Shown here: positions 56,314 to 64,000 of the stretch, piece by piece | Layout: each line of letters starts with the position of its first letter | How positions within the stretch are numbered: the stretch's first letter is position 1 | Assembly: GCF_009914755.1 (NCBI RefSeq) | Contig: NC_060941.1 | From: the human T2T-CHM13v2.0 reference genome, Homo sapiens | DNA: 64,000 nt | Reading direction: 5' to 3' (one strand) | Notes under the pieces: model-generated | Database searches by the model: none | What the model was told of the DNA's origin: nothing | The model's input: only the letters and a program-made list of their open reading frames with translations | Position numbers and translations under genes: made by a program

Positions 56314-58781
56314 ATTTGGATATTTCTATAACAGGGTTCTCTTTCGTGGGCTGTAGTGTAGACCACACTTACCCTTCATGATGGAGAATATAATTCCTCT
56401 CCTTTTACAACCTAAGCTAAAGCTCAGTGTGTTTGTTTGGTTGTGGTAAAGTCTGGGGTGGGGGTTTGATTTGGGACTTTAGATAGTAAATGTTCTGATA
56501 TTTTGATCTCTTTTTGGTAGGTAATCTGGATTCTTTAGTTTTTAAATCATGAGTGTCTAATTTTCTAACTTATATGTTAAAATTGCCTGTATGCTTGGCT
56601 GATATGTGTCCAGTGAAGGGAAAATTAATTTATATGTTAAATTAATTCCTCCAAGCAAATTATCCTGAATAATTTGCACTGTTGTGATAAACTAACTAGG
56701 GTGACCCCAGGCTTGATTTGAGGATTGCAGGAAGAGATATTTAGTGATTAAAGTAGGGCTTTCTGTCTTTTCGGAGGAAGCGTTAATACTTTTTAGGTTT
56801 TCTTTAAGTTAAGAGGCAGTTGTCACGTTATCACTCTTTTCATTTTGCAAGTTAGTCTCCTTTAGGACCCAGTTTAAGGTATCACCTCCACCCTCACCTC
56901 TTGGCCACTGTAACTGAAAATAATCTCCTCCTCTGAATACCAGTGCTGCTTACTTACTATTTATATCACTCACATATGCCTATGAAACATGACAATTTTG
57001 GTTTGATACTAATATCTGGCCTTATTCTCAATTTTAACATCATCAGGGATCATGATTTTAACATCATTATCATCATGATGAGGGAAACCTATCTTTGTTT
57101 AGGGCTTTTGTTGCTGATTTTACACAAAATAATACTTGCATACGGTTAAAAAAACCACGTGAAATAGAGTTTTTCAATGAAAAGTCATTCTTCTAGGAAC
57201 TTTGACCTGTTAGATATATATCGTATATTTGATGACTGCTGGGTATGTTTTGCCAAGAGTCATCTATGCAAAATACAGTGGCTTGAGATAAACATCTCAG
57301 GAAAAATCATCTCATACTTATATTTTACTTAACAAGAATTAACCCATATGCACCAAGATATCCCCCCAAACCAAAAGATAAATTAGTGTAATTAAGAATA
57401 CTATAAAATTATGTTTTGCACACCTATATAAAATTCTATATTTATCTATTTATACATGAGTTATTATCAGAGCTATACACAAAACTAGGTGTATTTTATG
57501 GGCAAATTCAAGGATTTTTAAAGACAATATTGGTATTGCCCTGTTTTCATCTTACATGCTGACTACAGAAGTAACCGTGTGTAAGAGCACGACTTCAGTG
57601 AATCTAGAGGCCCAGTCAGTTCATTCGTGTGCTAGTTTATTCCTCTTCCTGAGTGTTTTTCCTTGGTTTGCCAAAGTTGACTGTATCAGAAGATATGCCA
57701 ATTTATCCTAGTAGGAAGATTGCTAGGATACAGCAACACGGTGAATAAAGAAGCACTTCAGATTAATCCAAGTCCAAAAAAACTCCACGTAACCTTAATC
57801 AGCTTCATATATTAGTCCTGGAATAAATGTGACTATAGTGAAAGTGGGAAGACATTAGACAATATTCATCTGTATATTATTGATATCAGATGATGCACAC
57901 TGACAAAAACAAAACCCTAGAAATACAGTAACTGTATAGTGAAGCCATGGCTTAGGATTCTTTGCTTATTCAGTATCACGGTTTTAATAGGACCCCAACA
58001 CTAGAAATTAAAAAGATTCCAGTAACACCAACCTAATTGTATGTAGAATAATCTTCAGTGGAGAAAATACTTACAATTGTATAGAAAGCCTACAGTGGAT
58101 CATTTGTCATCATCCCTGTTCATAGATTTTAGAACCAAAGGGAACTTTGAATATATAATATGGGCCTTTTATTTTGCAAGTGAGGAGATGGAGATCTGGA
58201 AAGGTTAAATGATATGCCCGTGCTATTTGGGGTGAGGGCAGTGGATAGCGGAGCTGAGCTTCCACAGACCTCCCAACCCTGCATAAAAAAAAGACCTTCT
58301 TTCTGTGACATGTAGACCATAGAGAGCATCTGGGAGAGCAATGGGCATAGGGACGCTTCGACGTGGGAGAAATTAGCGGCTGATTGAGGGACAGGAGGGA
58401 GCTGGTTTACATTTAGTGGTAGTTATTGACTGGAGCACTGTGATGAGGCCATGGTACAGAGTGCTTTGAAGTCCTGCCCTGGGCCTGGGAATGGAGTCTG
58501 GATACATGTGACAGGCTTTGCATCCTTGTTGCTTCTGCCCTGTGGCAATTGGGGATTTACTGGATGAAAATGGGTTTTCTTGTTACTGAATTTAAACTGC
58601 AGAATATCTTCAAGCTATGAAAATAATTCTGTGTGCATGCACCTGTGGGTTAGAACACTCATTCTAACTGACATGAGGGAATTATCTCATGAAGACTTTA
58701 CCTGGTGTGATATTCTTATGAGTGAATGAATGAACACCTTTTGTTTCTCTACTTTGCACTCACAAGACTCATTCTTTCACA

Positions 58782-58995
58782 TTAGTGGTTCTCAACCAGG
58801 GGAGATTTTCCCCCTCCAGGAGACAACTGCCAGTGTCTGGAGACAGTTTTGGTTGTCACAATTGGGGGAGGGGGTGTTACTGGCACCTAGAGGATAGAGG
58901 CAAGGGATACTGCTAATCATCCTACAATGCACGGGACAGCCCCTACAGAAAAGGATTGTCCCAGCCAAAACGGCAGTAGCACTGAGATTCAGGAA
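58782..58995 (+). mobile_element. MER20-like DNA transposon
   Basis: AGTGGTTCTCAACCAGGGGAGATTTT...CATCCTACAATGCACGGGACAGCCCC. Confidence 0.8.
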
Positions 58996-61819
58996 TTTTT
59001 AGATAACCAATTTACTGTGGCAGTATATCCCCACGAGGTGGCGGTACAGCCTCCTGCTGCAATGTTAAACTACAGTAGTTCACCGTGAGCAGTTGATTGT
59101 AATAGCGAATCTATTCTCTTTTTCAAAAAGTACACTTAAACATTTTTTACATTACAAAAGTGAAATATTCTTTGTGACAGAATCAAATAGTATACTGTAG
59201 AAGTGTATAAGTAAAAGAAAGGGCTTCCTGAGTTCCCCCTTGAAATCCTACCCTTTAGAATTGATGTGTATCTTTTTAGATTCTTTTCTTGTGCGTGTAT
59301 ATGTATGCATGCATAACTAGTAGTGTACTGTTTGTTTTTCAACTCACTTATAACTTTCAACATTATACTTTAGACATCTTTAAAAATAATTTAGAGGTAT
59401 CTCATTTTTTTTAATGGATGCATTGTGTTCTGATGTATGGATGTCCTATAATTTCTATATATTCTTATTAATGGGCATTTGGGTTCTTTCCAGTTTTTTT
59501 TCCTGATACAGGCAATTCAGTGGTCATGCCGCTATTTCTGTAGGATAGATTCCTGGAAATGTGAGAGCTGGGTCAGAGTACATTTAAAATATTGATGAAT
59601 TGGCTGTACTAGTTTATACTCTTAACAGTGTAGCAGAGTGCCTTTTTCTCTCCCAAACATTGGATACTATCAAGATTTTATTTTTAATATATATTTTATT
59701 ATATTTTATTCTTAATAATGTTGAATGTCTTTTCCTATGTTTATTTTTTCTATGTTTATCAGTTATTTGTAGTTCTTCCATGAATTGCCTATTCATTTCC
59801 TTTTTCCATTTTTCATTGGGTTGCTTTCTTTTTATCAGTTTGGAGTAGTTCCTTATACATTTTGCTTATTAATGCTTTGTCTGAAGTTTCTTTTTGAATA
59901 TGGGATAAGTTAAGGATAACATAGCTAGCCAATTGAACTAACTGTCCTTATTGAATAATTCCTCCCTTTCTCACTGAGTTGAAATATATACGTATATGAA
60001 TCTGTTTTTGGACTCTGTTCCATCTAATGCTGCGCTAGTTTCACAGTGTTTTATTTATTGTGGCTTGTAGCTGGTTGGTGAAGAAGGATGGGAAGAATGT
60101 TTGGTGGTGTGTTTTCATGTGCAAAAGTGTGTTTTCGTGTGCAAAAGCCTAGAGACAGGAGAAAACGGCGAGGGACTGAAGGAAGGCCAGAGGCTAAGGA
60201 AGGAACGAGGGCCTGAGGAGGAGGGGGAATGACGCTGGAGCACAGGTGGGGCTCAGATCATACAAGACCCCATGGGCCATTTTCAAATTTGGATCTTTAT
60301 TCTTAGAGCCATGGAAAGATTTTAACCAGAGAAGTGACATGATCAGACTTATATTTTTTGAAGCTTTCTTTGGACTTCGGCTTCTGGCTATGATGGAGTA
60401 ACTGGTACTAGGCTAGCCCTCCCACCATAAACTGCTATACAACATGACAAAATAGATGAGACAACTATTTTCAGGCAGTGAACAATAGGTAGCACAGAAT
60501 ACTGATCCCAGACAGAGGGAAACTCATGAGGTGAACCCCATGATCACCCAACTTTCTGTCTTAGAACTACTTCCAACCATGGCACAGATAGCTGGAGTCC
60601 ATGTAGAGCACAGTGGTCCCACTGAGTGGAGGATGTGGAAATCAGGGTTCAGAGCAGCGGAAGCAGATAGATAGTGCGGGGTGAGATACAGAGAGGAGGG
60701 AGTTGTATAAGAGCGTACACGAGTACATGGATAGGTCCCTTGTAAGCCGAAGGTTGAGAGGCAAGCTGAACATGAGCTAGGTGAGATCACTCAAGGGTTA
60801 TAAGATAGTGGCTACTGTGGGGTTGAGAGTGGAACAGTGTCCTGGTGGGATCCTGGGACATATAAAGGACACTAGAAAAAAAAAAAGAAAATCTGAGTAA
60901 GTATGGACGTCAGTTAATAATGTATCAATATTAGTTCATTAATTGTGACAAACTATCATAGAGTAACGTAAGATGTTAACAGTAGAGGTGTTGTGTACCC
61001 CTGTGGTAGAAAGTTTGAAGGGTCTTATGTACCCCTATTGGGTGTGGGGTATATAGGAACTCTTTAAAAAAGAGTTTGATCTACCATGGTAGAGAATTTA
61101 TTCTTTCCATAGAAATGATGGAATTCTTAGATGAAGAAGCATTCAAAGAGAAGTCAGCCAAAACATATAGGAAGAAGAAAGTATCATAGATGTGTATCAG
61201 GAAGTTAATTGATAAATATTCTCTCTGGGGGAAAAAAAAAACTACTTCTGCTTGCATCTTACACAATTGCACGTGTACATTTTTGCTGGAAAACAATCAG
61301 AAGTCATATTTTGTTATTTAGAATGTTATAAAGTCATTACTCGAGAGTTGAGATATAATGAAATTAATAATTTTTACTGTTGTTATCAAGTACATTCTTA
61401 AATGAAACTGGCTTCTTTTTAAAATTTATTTTCAATTTTTGAGTGTGTGGAAAAGTACAATGACTGCTAGCACAGTTTGGTGCCACTGCTTTAATATGTG
61501 CTGAGGCCTCAGCAATTTTACTCACTATTGCTCCTGCATCATTGCGCAAATGACAATATGGTGAAAATAGCAAAGAATACTCAAGTGTTATCATGAAAAT
61601 AGTTTTGACCTCACATATCCCTGAAAGGGTCTCAGTGAAGCATCAAGGGTCCATAGATCTTGCTTTTAGAACCACTGGGTAACAGCAGGTATCTGGAGTT
61701 TATGTAAGATGAAGGAAGGCAAGACTCTACAAATACTTTATGCTTTTAGACTTATCCCATTCATAAGCCTATTAGTTCTGCTCCATCCACCGCCCCCTGC
61801 TCAAGGCAGAGATTATTAG

Positions 61820-63200
61820 ACTGAATAAAAAACAAGACTTGCTTACATGATGCCCATAAGAGATGCATTTTAATATCAAGAGCCAGGTAGGCTGGTAAAA
61901 GGATGGGGTAAAGATAATACCAAATAGCCCAAATGTATAACAAACCCAAATGCTCATCAGCAGGGTAATGGATGAACACGCTTGGTTACAGACATAGCAT
62001 GGAATGCTACTCAGCAGTGAAAACAACAGGCTACTGATACGCACCATGACATGGATGAATCTCATAGATGTTTTATTGAGTGAAATAAGGCAGACACAAT
62101 AGTGCCTACTATATATTTCCATTTATATGAAGTTCCAGCACAAGCAAAACTAATTTATAATGATAAAACTCAGATTCTTCGTTGCCTGGAACCAGGCATG
62201 GTAGAAAGATTGAATAAAAGGGCATGAGGGAGCTTCCTGGGTGCTGCCAATATTCTCTATCTTGATTGGGTGGTGGTTACCAGAATGGAGTTATTTGTCA
62301 AAACTCATTCACCTGGATGCTTAAAATAGGTGAATTTTATTGCATGTAAATTATACCTCAGTAAAGTTGATTTTTTTAAAAACCTTTCTCTGAGGGTGGG
62401 TGCAGTGGCTCACGCTTATAATCCCAACACTTTGGGAGGCCAAGGCAAAAGGATCACTTGAGAGCAGGAGTTCGAGTCTAACTTGGGCAATACAGTGAGA
62501 CCCTATCTCTAAAAAATAAAAGTAAATAAATACATAAATGAAAAGCTTTCTCTGGATGCAGAATGGAGAATGGATTGGCAAAAGCAATGAGTAGATGTAG
62601 GAATTCTAGTGTGGAGCCTATTGCCATAATCCAGGCGAGAGACAATGATGGCTTGGACTCTAATAATAGCAGTGGAAATATAAAGGGTAAAGGGTTTGGA
62701 GATGTGTGAGATGTAAAATGGTGATGGGATGGACATGGGTTGTGACGGAAAGAGAGGAGGTAGGGATGCTCCCTGGGTTTCTGATTTGTAATCTAGTTGG
62801 GTGCTGGTGGCAATCTCTGAGAAAAGAACCATGAGGAGGGTTAAATTTGTTGTGGTGGGATCTAGGGAGGCCTTACATTTAATTTTGGATGCATTAGATT
62901 CAAGGTGCCTGTGAGAAAGTCAAGTCTTTATACTTAGAAAGTAGTTGGATATACAGGTCTGAAAGTTGAGCTGAGACATCAATTTGTGAGCCATAAACAG
63001 GTGGTAACTGAAGGCGTAGGAATGGATGAGCTCATCTAGGAAGAGAGACTAAGTTGGGAAGAAGAAGTGATCTTGAGTTGAGCTTCAAAGAGCCTCTCAC
63101 CTTTTCAGGCAGAGGAAGAGGAATAAGAAAATTGGACTGAAAAGTAATGGCCACCGAGATGTGGGCAGCCAGGAGAACGTGTTATCACTTGAATGTTACC
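61820..63200. mobile_element. L1ME-like 3' end (~61820-62370), FLAM/Alu monomer (~62395-62530) and L2 fragment (~62540-63200)
   Basis: ACATGGATGAATCTCATAG and TAAATTATACCTCA L1 motifs; ATAATCCAGGCGAGAGACAATGATGGCTTGGAC L2 motif. Confidence 0.65.
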
Positions 63201-63239
63201 CATTCATTATCTGGTTTCCCGATACACTGTGTTGTTTTC

Positions 63240-63546
<307 letters not shown>

Positions 63547-63641
63547 CCCCTTTGGTTTTAAGAGCAGCTGATCTTGCCTGCTGGCTGCCAAGTCTTCTCA
63601 CCTTCTCTGAATCTCAGGCTTGCTATGTAGAAATGAGACCA

Positions 63642-63645
<4 letters not shown>

Positions 63646-63702
<57 letters not shown>
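63646..63702. repeat. (TG)n microsatellite, about 28 units
   Basis: Direct inspection. Confidence 0.95.
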
Positions 63703-63705
<3 letters not shown>

Positions 63706-64000
63706 AAATCTGGACTCCTTCTATGACTGCCTTTCCTGTTTGTTCTGACCCATGAAGCAGGTATGGTTCTTTCGTGTTCCTCAAGCGTATCAAATGTTAC
63801 TGAGTGCTTCCTATCGCTAAGTGCTGGGCTGCACTGTCTAGCCTCTAGGAGCTTGGACTCTAATCAGGAAGCCAAGGCACATACCCTAACTCCACAGAGT
63901 GCCAAGAGGCTGGCACGATGCAATTACTGCACCTTTGGAACCAACCCTGGGAGCGAGGTCAGTGCAGGTTCCTAAGGCAGGAAGACCTGAGCTGAGCCTT

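Overview
Primate (human-like) euchromatic DNA rich in Alu, L1, L2, MIR, MaLR and hAT repeats. Gene content matches the ZNF286B / FOXO3B / UBE2S-pseudogene locus next to TRIM16L (17p11.2 segmental duplication; that assignment is from recall, not from a search). On the minus strand is a ZNF286-type gene: CpG promoter near 29.1 kb, two small coding exons, a 10-finger C2H2 terminal exon at 8762-9993 and a poly(A) signal at 5281. I could not find KRAB exons in it. Its long intron holds a full-length, same-orientation FOXO3 retrocopy (12725-20004, 11-bp TSD, W206* and a +1 frameshift). The retrocopy carries a strong splice acceptor that joins in frame to the ZNF286B exons, giving a 290-aa ZNF286B::FOXO3 chimera with its own poly(A) site. 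The same intron holds an antisense, 5'-broken UBE2S retrocopy. On the plus strand, from a second ZNF143-type CpG promoter near 44.4 kb, is a decayed KRAB-ZNF paralogue of ZNF286. It has ATG, 89-nt, KRAB-A and KRAB-B exons, and its zinc-finger exon is partly deleted and internally inverted. An unidentified TSD-flanked retrocopy lies at 31.3-32.5 kb. Repeat family names and boundaries are by eye and approximate.
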